From Lingula anatina (taxonomy: Eukaryota > Animalia > Brachiopoda): 64,000 nucleotides of DNA. Of the stretch, positions 51,811 to 64,000 are shown piece by piece. The DNA lies in assembly GCA_051362555.1 (NCBI GenBank), contig JBPQGU010000016.1, forward strand, positions 2,170,001 through 2,234,000, given 5' to 3'. The notes beneath the pieces were generated by a model. That model saw only the letters and a list, made by a program, of their open reading frames with translations. It did not search any database and was not told where the DNA came from. A program made the translations under genes and the position numbers. How positions within the stretch are numbered: the stretch's first letter is position 1; every line of letters begins with the position of its first letter.

Positions 51811-54800
51811 CGGACCATTGCTCACAATTCTCAAAAACAAATGGCATCTGATCGGGCAAGAAGAGCACGAGCCAGAGCCGCCCCCTTTTGACCGAAAAGC
51901 ATATTGCTTAAGTATTCAATGTTATCTGAAAAGTAAAAAAAATGAATTTATTTAGATCACAGCTTTGAAATGATATTCATTGGATATTGATTTTGTAAGT
52001 GATAAAAATCACACCAACAACAAAAAAGTTGATGTGCTATGCTCGTAAAACAAAATGTTTTCGAAATATTGGTTAACAGTATGAGATAAACAAAATGTGT
52101 TTACCGGAACTGTACACAGTGAATCTTATCTCGCTAATCAATTACACGATTTTTTTTGGCGATCCGCAGTTAGACAAAGAAATGCATTTACTTTAAAAAA
52201 ACTTTACTTGCAATACACTGTCATTAAAATCTGAGAAATTGTAGTAATAATTTAGACTTTTGGAAGATGTTCAATTCAGTTTTATTGAATTTTAATGTCA
52301 TGTTATTGTTTTAATGTAAGATTGTAGAATGAATTTCAAGTAGTGAGAGAAGGGGTATTATTAAAATAAACAAATGAGTCGCCGTCATCAACACGCCATT
52401 GGAGAGAGGAGGGTGTTGAGAATATTGAATGAATCAATCCCTTCTGGCGGCTTCTCAAATTTCTCTTTTACCTGTTCACCACAATCACCGTTTTTACGTC
52501 AATTAAATGACATCATTTGGCTCTCCAAAACCCTGCCAGCGATTTCCCCTAAAAGTCATAGTTCAGATTTTATCGTTGGTTAAGCTGAATTATACCTGTA
52601 TTAAATGAAAATCCGTAATTAGGATCTCATTATTCTGTAACAAAATCATTTAAAGCAAACCGATGACACAGGTTTGTTGTTCATACGTTTTGGTCAAATC
52701 AATTTTCGAGATAAAGTCTTGTTTAGAGATCAACTTACCCCCATACCAATTGCTACTTCACCTCAAAAAAGAAAAGTGTTAAATTGACAATTAAAGCTTT
52801 GAGTTACCTATGATTATACATTGGAACGAGCAATATCAACCCCGATATTTTATATATTTCGTAGGGTTTTTATTGTTTATGATAGATGCATCATTAAGTA
52901 ATTAGAAAAAATCATTTTCGATATCTGGATGGTAATTTTAAAGGGGTACAATATCCTTAACCTTTCGTTTCACTTATTTATTTATTTTTCTCTGTCGTGG
53001 GCCTCTATTTTCACAGATCGTACCTAGCACAGTTCACATTACTGTGGTCGTCATCTGGGGCTGTATCAGTAATCATTTAATACGTTAACATATGTGTGTA
53101 CGGTGTGTACCCTAGGTTCTAGATTCCTGTATTTCCAGCTCGATCTTGATTTCATATATAACCCTATCAGCAACACCAGGCTCTAGCGAACACCGTCAAT
53201 TCGTGGGCGTTCTTCTTCAAATTTTTGCCTGGAGCGCTTCCATATTTGGAAGTCATGTCTCGTACGTCACAGCTTTGCCCGCCTGGAGCTGCCTTTCCCG
53301 CCTTGCACTGATGTTATATCGTGCAGACGAGACAAGAAGCAAAGTGGCTGACGTGGAGTTGGAGGTTTTAACTAAGAATATCTTGCAGTCGAAGGTCAGT
53401 GCCACAACACAAGCAATATTCTGCTTTAAAAACTAATTTTGGTGTAGCCATTGCACAGCCCTTATAGAGGTATCGAGCATACAGTGCAGCTGTAAGTGTA
53501 TAAATATCTTCAGGAGCTAATGTTCTTTGATAAGCAAAAAAATGCAAAAACATTGGATATACTATTTTTCTTTTTGAAACATATTATTTAATTTTCACTT
53601 TACATATCTTAAATACAGTAAATAAAATTAAATACAACAGGATTAAATCTGCTTTACGTTTCATTTTGGTCTGATGACATTCAACTGCAGATTCACTGCG
53701 AAGCCGTTCTGTTTGCTTGAACATGGCTGCTGTTCGTCAGAGCTGGTAAAAGCGATCGCATCACAAGATTTTCAACAAGCTAGCTTTTACTGTGCTCTGA
53801 CACTCAGGGTAACGATGTGTGAAGTTGTATAAATACGAGTCTTTAAGTATTTGTGTACGTGTATTTGAATGAATATTTTGTTGAAATATTTTTGTTCGTG
53901 CGTGCGTGTGCTTAAGTGAATGTACAAAGCATACTCAATATGCTGAAACGTGTCTTTATACATGTATAGGCCTATGATTAACGTTTTAAATTTGTACTTA
54001 ATTTGCTTTGGTCAATTTTTCTCGTTTTGGTCATTTTTTTATTTATTTACTAGCTTTCTATTATTTATTCTCCTTATAAATGTACTGGACAAAATTCTCT
54101 TTTAAAGTCAAAATAACCAGAACGATAATTTTCCTTTTCATGTTCCAATCATTGCTAGTTTATAACTATTGTGTGTGTATGCGCACACGCACAATAAAGT
54201 GTGTTTGTATTTCTCATTGTAACAACAAGGTTTCAATAAAGCGAAGATGGCATTCAAGTATTACCTAGGAGAAGAATACAACAACACAGTTAACAAGAAC
54301 TTTAACACATAGATGGCGCATATGTAATGCATATGTAATGTAAAACGGTCGGCCATATCTGTTCCGCATGACTGTCGAGTAGAATCGAAGGATTATACAC
54401 TGATAGAGGACATCCAGTTAAGCACTCTTCCTCGACTCCAGCTACTATCATAGGCTGATGGTATACAGACGGGCTATCTGACAAGTCTTCATATTAATTG
54501 TACTCAATAGAAATCACGTGTTTTCACATGTCACATGTCATGCGTCTCCCAACACTTCGTGTATGACTATCAGATCATATACTACAGTACTACTCACTAG
54601 TTTTATGGCCTAGTGGACAGGAGGTGAAAGTCAGGACACCTTCACTTGTGAGTTGGGAATCGATCTGTGTAGGCTCGACAGCTGAACAGTAAAGGAGGAG
54701 TTTGCTAGCATGGCGCAGCCTCCTCTTGTGGCCACACAGTCAAGTTGAGTATTGAGCTAAGGCAGCATTACCCTACAGTTGAGTTTTTATCTGGACAGCT

Positions 54801-55017
54801 AGTGCATATAGTGACACACAAGTATGTAACAGTGTTGATGACAAGTATGATAAAAATAATGGGTCTGCAGTGTGAACTACAGGTATAAGTTGGCCTATGG
54901 ACCAGTGCCTGAATAAATGTATATACAGTGACAGTTGTGTTTGTCTGAGAAACTGTGAGAAACTATTAAGAAGCTGTGAGAAGTTAGATAAAATCACAGG
55001 TAGCTTTAACGAACAGA

Positions 55018-55620
55018 ATGGCGGGTCAAAAGATGGAGGAAACCAGCGTTGTATGCCACAGCCTGCAAAACTACAACGTGTTCATAGTGGGGTACAAGGG
55101 ACACGGCAAGTCAGCCACTATGATGAACATTATACGAGAAGTAAATTATAAGGGAGCCGCAGGTTACAAAATAGAGGAGAGAACACACGGGAAATGTACA
55201 TTCTATGATACCCCGGGTTTCGGCTCACTGGACACAACCGACCCGAAATTGTTGCGCGTGATAAACGCAAAAGCCCATGCGGTCGGTGAAGTGCACGCTG
55301 TGTTATTCGTGCTGCGTTATTGGCGCATCACAAGTTCCGTGATTACTTTAATACACCAACTTAAGGACGCTTTCGGTTCAGACTACCACAGACGCACCAT
55401 CGTAGTCTTCACTTTTTCAAAGAATGAAACCGTAATGAGGTTAAGAGACTATTTGGAAGACGGTGCGTTGGAATTTAAGGAATTTGTCAATTTTTGTGAG
55501 GACAGAGTGATCATGTTGGAGAATTCTGACTTCCAGACTGGGGAATCTGCTGCCTCCCAAATTGAGGACATGATAACCAACAGTATGCACTCAGAGCCGT
55601 TGGTAGTCCCATGGTCTACA
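55018..55620 (+). CDS. AIG1/GIMAP-like GTPase gene 3 (main exon; ORF reads through to a stop at 55674)
   Basis: YNVFIVGYKGHGKS, FYDTPGFG, VHAVLFVL, RRTIVVFTF, CEDRVIMLENSD. Donor ACA|gtaagt at 55620/55621 lies at the same position as the donor in gene 1. Confidence 0.88.
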
Positions 55621-56632
55621 GTAAGTAACCTAGCTTTCTATAGTCACTTTCTTATATGTTTATCGTTAAGATAAATAGAAAAGTAAGAATGGTTATGTGT
55701 GAAAAACAGATTGAAGAATGCATAAGTGAAAAATATGTAAATAAATGAATACACTCAGCTTTGTGTGTTTGTGCGTGTTTGTGCGTGTATCTGTTTTTGT
55801 GTAAGAGAGAAAAAAGAAATGCTTTTGGGTGAGTGGCCGTATGAATAAAACGAATTAATACAATATGGCGAATTGTACATTTTACAGCTGCTTTCATTTG
55901 TATTTGAGAATAAAGGTAAATGCTTATAAAAATCAAAGTATTTGCAATTTAAAATATATTCATATTTTATTGTTTTTATTGCTCTGTTTCGTTCCAATGT
56001 AGGGTGTATTTGTGGGCTTGTCTGGACCTCATGGTGTTCGTGATTTCCAGTGTATGGCAGGGCCTGTGTTACCTGCACATAAAAGAATTAATTATTCAGA
56101 AAATAAAACAACAGTCCATATATTTCACATTGTATATTTAATCATATGAATGAAACCGTATTTCTTTAACATTGCTTTAGATCTACTACTTCAACAATTA
56201 TTGGACACAAATGGGCACCAATCGCACACACCACCTTTAAATCAATCAAAAATATGTTTTACAATGCATAATCATTTCTTTATTAGTTCTTTAAATAAGG
56301 GGATTATTTGATAATATAGCAATCAATACAAATCTTCATACTGGAAAATACTTATAACCAATAACTTAAAGAAATACAGCAGTGGAAGCGATTTTTATGT
56401 AGTCCGATAAAGTATACTAAACAAAAATATAAACGCACGAAAGTATATGTTGATTTATTTTCATGTATGGAACTAGAGTATATGGCCAACATTAACAGCA
56501 TATTTTCCTCAACAAATAGACATCACTTTGAGAGCATTACAGGAAGTTTAAATGCATAGTCCAAGAGTTAGGGCATCAACTACACCATGGGGGTCAACAT
56601 CCTGAGTTCACATCAGACACTAATAACAAGTA

Positions 56633-59600
56633 TAGTTAGGCGGCTAAGCCAAAAAATTGTGCAAAAGTTGATAAAAGCATGAAACTTTCCACGATGAATG
56701 GCCATTGTCAATGGCGTAACTAGGCATACGCACGGATGCACTGTGCGTACAATTTTTTTGCGCCAATCATGATATTATTCTCTATAAATTTAGTGTATTT
56801 TCACGAAAAATCCTCTTCGATTACAAGTTAGAGTCACCTGAATGTACAAATCTTCTGTATGAATCGTATACGCACCATTGTTCTGACGCCCCCCGTCTCG
56901 TTTGCTTTCACAGAACTGAGGTAAATAAACAATACTAGCTACCTCCAGAAGTCCTATCTTAATCGTCCATCTAGCTGGAACTTCCTTTACCTCTTAATTG
57001 GAAGTTTGAATGCCCTTCAACTCTCAGGTAGCCTTTGTCTTAAGTGTGTCGAATGCACACTCGCTGGCGATATTTATCTCAGATAAAAATCTACCTGTGT
57101 TATTTTCAAAGAGCAGCTCCAGCAGACCTGAGGACACTAGATAAAATCTGGACAACGGGCTTTATAAGGAGCCAGAGAAACAAAAAAAATATTTCCTGCA
57201 AAACTGTAAAGAATTTTGACACGGACTTGACCCAGCTTAACCCTCTAAACTAACAGGGTGATATGGGCAATTTTCACAAACAAACAGAGCTTTATCCTGT
57301 AATATAATTGGTTGATTTTGGATGATACCATATATAAGTTAATCTTTTAGAAGATTCATCATTAAGCTGACCATGGACATGACGAATAATATAGCAAGAA
57401 GGTGTAAGAATCCTACAACGATCAACTGTTCTTAAGATTATTTTCTGACAACTCGGGATAACCGCAACAAACCACATCGAACAAAGGTGCCTCACCGTTA
57501 TTTAGAATTTAGCTTGATACAAGCGGGCATAATTTGCATATGTTTTCATAGTTTGTGTCAGTAAGCCCCTAGTTCAATAAATATACCATTCTAAGCAAGG
57601 CTTTTTTCAGCGAGTCCTCCAGCTGCCAATTGGACGGCAGCTGATTAAAAAAGTCTTAACTTGTCGGGGCAGCTGTGGACGTCGTATGAAAATCCATTGC
57701 AGTAATTTGACGTATGAATATTAAACTTCTTTCTAGTGCACGGTGTTTTTCAGTCACGACGTAACTACTACCTAAAGCTTACAAAACACAATAAAATGTT
57801 TCCATTAACTTTAAAATACATAATGCAGAAGTGACAAGAATGATTTACATTCGGTACAAAACACGTGTAGGCCCTAAATGAAATATGACCCAACTTGCCG
57901 CCAAATTATGAAAGGGGACACCTTTCGGATCTTTATACGTATGGCATCTGACAAAGCTAATACATAAGAAAGGCAATTTTTATATCTTCGGCGAGAGATT
58001 CTTCGCAATCCGAAACAGACTAGAAGGCAATTTTCATATTTTTTCGAGAAACTTCGTTAACCGAGGATCGGGAACAAGAGATAGTTACCGACCGCAGCGA
58101 GACAAGAAGCCAATTTTCGTATCTTCAGCGGGAGATCGAGCGTGATCTGAGCGAAAAGAGAAAGCGATTTTCACATTCGTTAAATGGACTTCGTTCGCAG
58201 AAGATTGTCAGCCAGAGATCGTTCGCGATCCGAGCGAGACGAGAAGGCAATTTTTATATTCATACAAGGGCGGTCTTTCGTGGAAGAGCGTGAAGGGAGA
58301 TCGGTATCAATTATTTTCAACCCTCTTTCCCAATGAAATTTATTATTAAAAAAAGACTCCATTAATTTGCACCCCACCCCACCCCCGCTCACGGCTTTTG
58401 GAAAAGTTTGAGGCCCTGAAATTTTGAAGTAAGATACAGATGGCAATTATGGACGGCCTGCACCCCAATGCCGGAAAAAGCGTTGGTTCTGGGTGAAATA
58501 ATTTACTGGAACTTAATTATACTGTGGGAATATTTTAAAGTTTAAGTAATGATTTTATAAACGGTGAAAACTTAGCTATTATATTTGGCACATATAATTT
58601 AAACTGCCCTTCATCTTTTGCGTAAGTCGATCTACATTTAGCTATACCTGGGAATTTTGAAATTCTGTGCGTACAATTTTAAAAGGTCTGGTTACGCCCC
58701 TGATTGAGTGTTCGTCTATTTTGTATCGGGGGGCAACTCCAAAATTCTCAAGTACCCGGATGAGAGGCTTTCTTAATTATGCTGATTCAGCATTTTAGGT
58801 ACATTCAGAATTCACGTAAATGAGCACTACCGGCGGTTATTATGATAATATGAATAAATTTGAGAAACATACACTTTGAGTGCACATCAATTACAGCAAT
58901 GATGAGGTCATGATGGCGTCACTGGGTGATATTGCACAATACCAAATGACGAATATCCACTCACTCCTATATGCCAAATAGTCGAACCCTGCAATGATCT
59001 TTCCTGTAAACATTCACTACACAAATGCATCGTTTAGGGCTAGAAAGGTTAAGTTAGCTTGGTTTCTTCTTCCGAGACTTTGAGCATTTTCAATATGGCC
59101 GTCAATTTTTGAGGGTATAATCAACAGTCGACAGATATACTTTATTTGTGGCTCTTGTGAATGTATTTCCTGTGGGAAGAACACAGTAGGATAATTAACT
59201 GCATACGAGCACGATTCTGTTATTGAAAAATCAAAATGGCCACCAACGCATACAGCATATGATGAAGTATAGCAGTAAAATCAGTCTATCAGTGGTGTAA
59301 TTAGTGGTATATTTTACGCCTTCGATTTTTCTCTTCATTTTGATTTCTAATTAGCCATGATCCTTACCTATCATTATCAACTTGTTTTACATTCAAAAAT
59401 AAAAGAAATGAAATGAAACAAAATTAAGAAAATTTTCAAAGGAGGGGGATGTGAATAAAAATATAAAAAAAAACAACGTGAAAATATATTATTGCATTAT
59501 ATGCATTTCTGTAATAAAAAATGACGGGAAAGAAACATTGTAGGGTTCACCTATTGTTCCTATGGGGGAAAGTGGATATTCGTCATTCTATATTGTGCAA

Positions 59601-59920
59601 TATCACCCAGTGACGTCATCGTGGTGTCACCATTGCTCTCATAGAAGTGCTCAGTAAGCGTACGTTTTTAAAATCTATTTATGATATCATAATTAGTGCT
59701 GGTAGTGCTCGTTTTATTGAAATCTGAATGTACATAAAATGCTGAGTCAGCATATTTCAGAGAGCCACTCATCCGAGTACTTGTGAATATTGGAGTTGCC
59801 CCCCCCCCTCCAAAATTGACAAACAGACAAACACCCAATGGTCATTCATACTGGAAAGTTTCATGCTTTTATCAACTTTTGCACAATTCTGGATATAATT
59901 TGGACTTAACCGCCTGACTA
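56633..59920. mobile_element. Academ-like non-autonomous element with ~340-bp TIRs
   Basis: TAG...CTA termini and a 3-bp TSD GTA (56630-32, 59921-23). The left arm (56633-56708 plus 58703-58975) is the reverse complement of 59560-59920. Confidence 0.75.
56709..58702. mobile_element. hAT-like TIR element nested in the left Academ arm
   Basis: Termini CAATGGCGTAACTAG ... CTGGTTACGCCCCTG with flanks ATTGT/ATTGA. Subterminal CTGTGCGTACAATTTT on both sides. Internal imperfect tandem repeats at 57965-58270. Confidence 0.7.
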
Positions 59921-61133
59921 GTATAGCCACCATCAGCTTCGCACAGAGCAGTACACTAGCAGCGCATGGGCATCACTAAGTTGTCAATAGTGGCTTGAGG
60001 GACATTATCCAATTCCTTCTGAAGTGCTACTCGTAGTTGGCGAACATTTTCGGGAGCCCGAACATGATGGCAAAAACGCTGATCCAGAACATCCCACAGG
60101 TGTTCGATGGGCAACATATCGGGTGTGGTAACACATGGTCGGTGGATATGTGGGCGGTTCCTAATGCTACCAGTGTCTCTGAAGCGTGTTCTCAGACGGC
60201 TGACAGTGGAATGATGCACATTCAGGCATGATGCAACTTCTGTTACCAAGAAGCTAGCATTGAGCATGCCGATGGCACGCTCCCTCATGATTTAAGACAT
60301 CTGTGGCATGTTGACAAGTGACAGAAATGCACATTTGGTGTGTCCTTTTATTGCCTAGACTGTAAGGAGTGTCTGTGTATTGGTCATGCAGATTGACCTC
60401 TGTTCAGTCATGCTCCGTTAGTCTTATGGGTGGAAAAACTAAACCTTTAAGTTAACTCACAGGGAGCATCCAAGTGAAGCCAAACCACTATACTTGATCA
60501 ATACAAATCCATCAATTCACAAATAAACCATCAATTTGGCATATTTCATAATTATCCATTTTAAAGGTCCATTTTAGTTTTGAGCGTTTATATTTTTGTT
60601 CAGTATATTTTCCTAAATACGACTCGCCGAAAGCGCGACTTCAATACGTACACTAGTGACCTATGTATAGCGCATTGATTGCACAGGTTCTCACCTGTGA
60701 AAACAGCTCGTTTAGAGGAAGGCTGGAAATAGTCGAGATCGAAGTCACTCTGAAGTGACGTCACGATATTGGACAACAATGTCTGCGACTGAGTTGGATA
60801 TTGAGATTCACGTGTCGGACTATGAATTGGACAACGTAGATGTTGAAAGTTGAAGGGGATAGCATGACAAGCGTTCGAAGCTTGACACAGTCGGTAATTC
60901 TGTACCAGCAAGACTTGTGAAGACCAGAGATACGGCGGTAGCACTCGCGTCAATCCTACAAGTTCTAGATTTAACTTCCTTAGAGTGGTAAGTAATGTAA
61001 TATTAGAAGGATTATACAAGATACTTCAGGAACAGGAGCTAAATCGTCACATTATGTGTTAGATGAGTAATGTAAATAATATCTGCACGTCATATATATA
61101 TTTATATGCCATATGCTACCTTATTTACCGGTT

Positions 61134-61134
<1 letters not shown>

Positions 61135-61215
<81 letters not shown>
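61135..61215. repeat. (TA)n(GA)n compound microsatellite
   Basis: Directly visible. Confidence 0.95.
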
Positions 61216-61216
<1 letters not shown>

Positions 61217-62204
61217 GTAGAGTTGATCTTATATAAAGAAATGATTCATCATCAAAGACAATATCAATGCACATTTATCACAAGTGTCAAATAAAATCTT
61301 CATTCTAAAATTTTGTCTAGCTTTTCCATTATATTAATTCGAAACCTACATCAAAGCACTTATAAACCATTTTTTTCGCTCTAATGTTAAATGATAAGAA
61401 AAAATAATCTGAAATTGAATTTATATATGTTTTACTGTGCAGTATATTATATACACATTTCACTTGCATGTTTATTGTACAATGGTTTTAGACTACATGA
61501 AATATGAACTTAGATATGATCTTGGCTTTTCACATAGTATAAATGCATATAAAATACTCATTTCTTGTAAAATGTTTTCATGCTTTGCTAACATATATTG
61601 AAGTGTCTGTCAAAATTAATTATGAACATAATATCTCCATTTGGTTTCCTGTGGAACCTATAACATTTTGCTTCAACGTCAATACCAACTGACCTAGTAC
61701 TGTCCTGATTACATACAAAGCTTCCGACTGAAAGTTGCCCTTTAATTGTTAAATTGCGACATAGTCTGAATCTCAGAAAGCCGCGGTCTCTTGTACAGTG
61801 CTGTCAAAGGGGGTGGGGCTATTCCTGCCAGAGATTTGGCACTGGATTTTTCTTCAACGACCTTGTCTAGACACTCCAGCAGAAGGTGGGCATAATCCAT
61901 AAAGATATATTTTAAAGTAATTAAAATATGAGTGTAAATGTTATAATGAACTCAATTATTGACAGCACAACCAAGTTTATGAGTAACTTTTAAAAGCACA
62001 ATTAGTGAGTTCAGTAGGTGCGCCCACTACATGTATTATAAATATATATTTATTAAACCCTCTAAACTTTTTTCAGATTTAGCACACAAGTGTCACTAAC
62101 CCTACACACAGATTTCTTCCTAAAAGCAGTCCTACTAGTAGGCCTACTGGCAATTTTCTCTCCAGCCTCAACTGAATGAGTTAATGATAATTCAGTCGCC
62201 ATAT

Positions 62205-62485
62205 GCAGGTGGATGGTAGGAAAGATTTACATTTTATTTCCTATCCTTTTCCCATATTTTTCAATAGTTGGCACTTCAGCGGGTAACACGAAGCCTCAAC
62301 ATGTTTCTCACATAGCTGCATCGTCTTCGACGGCTGATCAAAATCTTTACGTGCCACGCGAACAAAATTGATCCTTTGCCTTCTCAATGATTTTTCACCA
62401 GAAAGCGATGGAAAGAAACTTCGTCAACAGAGCTCCTTTTGCATCCATACGCCACACAATAGCGTCTTTTGCCTCTCTTCAACAT
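62205..62485 (-). pseudogene. THAP zinc-finger relic, probably from a DNA transposon
   Basis: MLKRGKRRYCVAYGCKRSSVDEVSFHRF, then a frameshift, then GEKSLRRQRINFVRVARKDFDQPSKTMQLCEKHVEASCY. This is the C2CH THAP signature. It is missed by the ORF track. Confidence 0.8.
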
Positions 62486-63367
62486 GTTTCACTTAGAATG
62501 ATGAGAAATACAACCCGCTTCAAGCTCACAAACTATTCAGCAGCATGGCGGTGAAACGAGTGAAACGAGTCTACCAAATACATTACGTCATTTCCGTTTC
62601 AGCGCCGGTTTTTTTTTTTTTTTTTTTTTTTTGCAGTCGCGTTTAGGTGCGATGTTTGGCATTATCGTCAGTTACAAGCTATCGTTCGGATCCGCAATAT
62701 CCGGGAGAGGAATATTTAAAAAATACCTCGTCGGACTACATAAAAAATACGTTTCCACTGCTGTATTTCTTTAATAAATGGGTGGAAGACATTGTAACCG
62801 CATTTAAGAATACTCCTGTCGCCTTTAATGGAATAACACGCTGCAACCAGTCCACCATCCCCCCTCCCTCGAAAGGCGAGACGCCTCTATCGTGCCAATC
62901 ACGAAATGCCCTTTTCAGGGCACCCTATGTAGACCGGTATCTACTAATCTGATATTATGTAGGTGAGACACCTACCTTCCTATCAGAGACGATCTTTCCT
63001 CATAATAAAGGCGAGAAGCCTTACACACTCAAAAAGTCGCTCTCAACTATGCAAGGGGCGCTGTCAAAATACACGTCCTCAGAGGCCCAGCTCTGAATCG
63101 TGTTATTTTGGTAAAGTGGAATCTAACTAGGGCATGAGCCGACCACCCCCAACAAGTTTTGACTCGAGATTTAAGTGCATGTTAAAAAACACTTGATTTT
63201 CATTGCACAGACACATCAAAGCAATACAAATTTACATTATCCTACTAACTGATTTCCTTTCAGAGGCGGATTAAATTCGTCGACCCCCCACTATATATAC
63301 AAAGATACACTTAAACCCACTTAGTGATATGTCACAAGAAAACTAAAATGTACTTATTCATTACTTA

Positions 63368-63936
63368 ATGCCCCTATTTCACACAGACCACAAATCCCAC
63401 GAATCGCCAGGAATTGACAAATTTCAGGATTCGTGAGATTTTGCAAATTTTCTGGTCTAATTCGACACGCTGTACGATTCAGTTACGATACAGGTGCGAT
63501 AGTGTTACGAATATTCGTGGGATTCGGCTGGAATCGCACAAATATTGTCTCGAAATTTACAACGATTTTTTGGAATCGAGAATTCGTGGCCAAAATTTTG
63601 AATAGCTCAAAAACTTGCCACGAATTCACGATTGATCAAGAATTGCAAGAACTGACTACGATAATATACGAATCTGTTAAGAACTTCACGAACTGATTAC
63701 GATTCAACCACGAATCCTGAAATTTGTCAATTCCTGGCGATTCGTGGTCTGTGTGAAATAGGGGTATCAAAGTTTTTGCCACGAATTCCTGTTGGTCAAG
63801 AATTGCAAGAACTGACTACGATTAAATACGAATCTGTCAAGAACTTCACGAACTGATTACGATTCAACCATGAATCCTGAAATTTGTCAATTCATGGCGA
63901 TTCGTGGAATTCGTGGTCTGTGTGAAATAGGGGCAT
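63368..63936. mobile_element. MITE with ~65-bp TIRs and an internal ~160-bp tandem duplication
   Basis: TA|ATGCCCCTATTTCACACAGACCAC ... GTGGTCTGTGTGAAATAGGGGCAT|TA. 63615-63765 is repeated at 63777-63935. Confidence 0.88.
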
Positions 63937-64000
63937 TACTGGAAGAAAGTAGTCCTATCTAGAGGTACGCTGGCATAGAAAATTAGTAATTTAGCTTTGA

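Larger units (their letters stand above)
56415..60605 (-). mobile_element. Tc1 element (outer layer of a triple nest)
   Basis: TIRs TACTRAACAAAAATATAAACGC with TA flanks. Transposase remnant at 59921-60310 (RERAIGML, PDMLPIEHLWD). Its terminal GGYTCY* is completed at 56620-56632 across the insertion. Confidence 0.9.

Noticed and set aside
55621-55674. Hydrophobic C-terminal anchor of gene 3 (VSNLAFYSHFLICLSLR)
   Set aside because: It begins exactly at a gtaagt donor that is positionally conserved in gene 1, so it is probably intron read-through.
57965-58270. CRISPR-like or coding repeat
   Set aside because: These are imperfect tandem repeats inside a TIR element, with no ORF or unique spacers.
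1-64000. Remaining 60-130-aa ORFs in the track
   Set aside because: They are antisense or alternate frames of transposons, microsatellite-derived, or have no recognisable motif or splice support.

Overview
AT-rich, intron-containing, transposon-dense genomic DNA, most likely from an invertebrate animal. I see no operons, rRNA, true tRNA or CRISPR. The only host genes I can support form a small AIG1/GIMAP GTPase cluster. (1) A minus-strand spliced GIMAP-like gene at ~15.5-16.2 kb has a 1-nt frameshift in a homopolymer. (2) An intact AIG1 GTPase fused in one exon to a Hedgehog-type Hint/Hog autoprocessing domain lies at 37.25-38.63 kb. (3) A plus-strand GIMAP-like gene lies at 55.0-55.6 kb. Genes 1 and 3 are paralogues of each other that keep G1 and G3 but have lost the canonical G2 and G4 motifs. 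The GTPase-Hog fusion, with its non-canonical autoprocessing residues, is the most interesting element. The rest is degenerate and often nested mobile DNA: Gypsy and BEL/Pao LTR elements, RTE and CR1/L2-type LINEs, a tRNA-derived SINE, several Tc1 elements, hAT-, Academ-, Ginger-, CACTA- and Harbinger-like TIR elements, Helentron-type HINEs and a THAP relic. Old duplications of the GIMAP upstream region are also visible. Repeat coordinates were read by eye and are approximate unless a junction is quoted.
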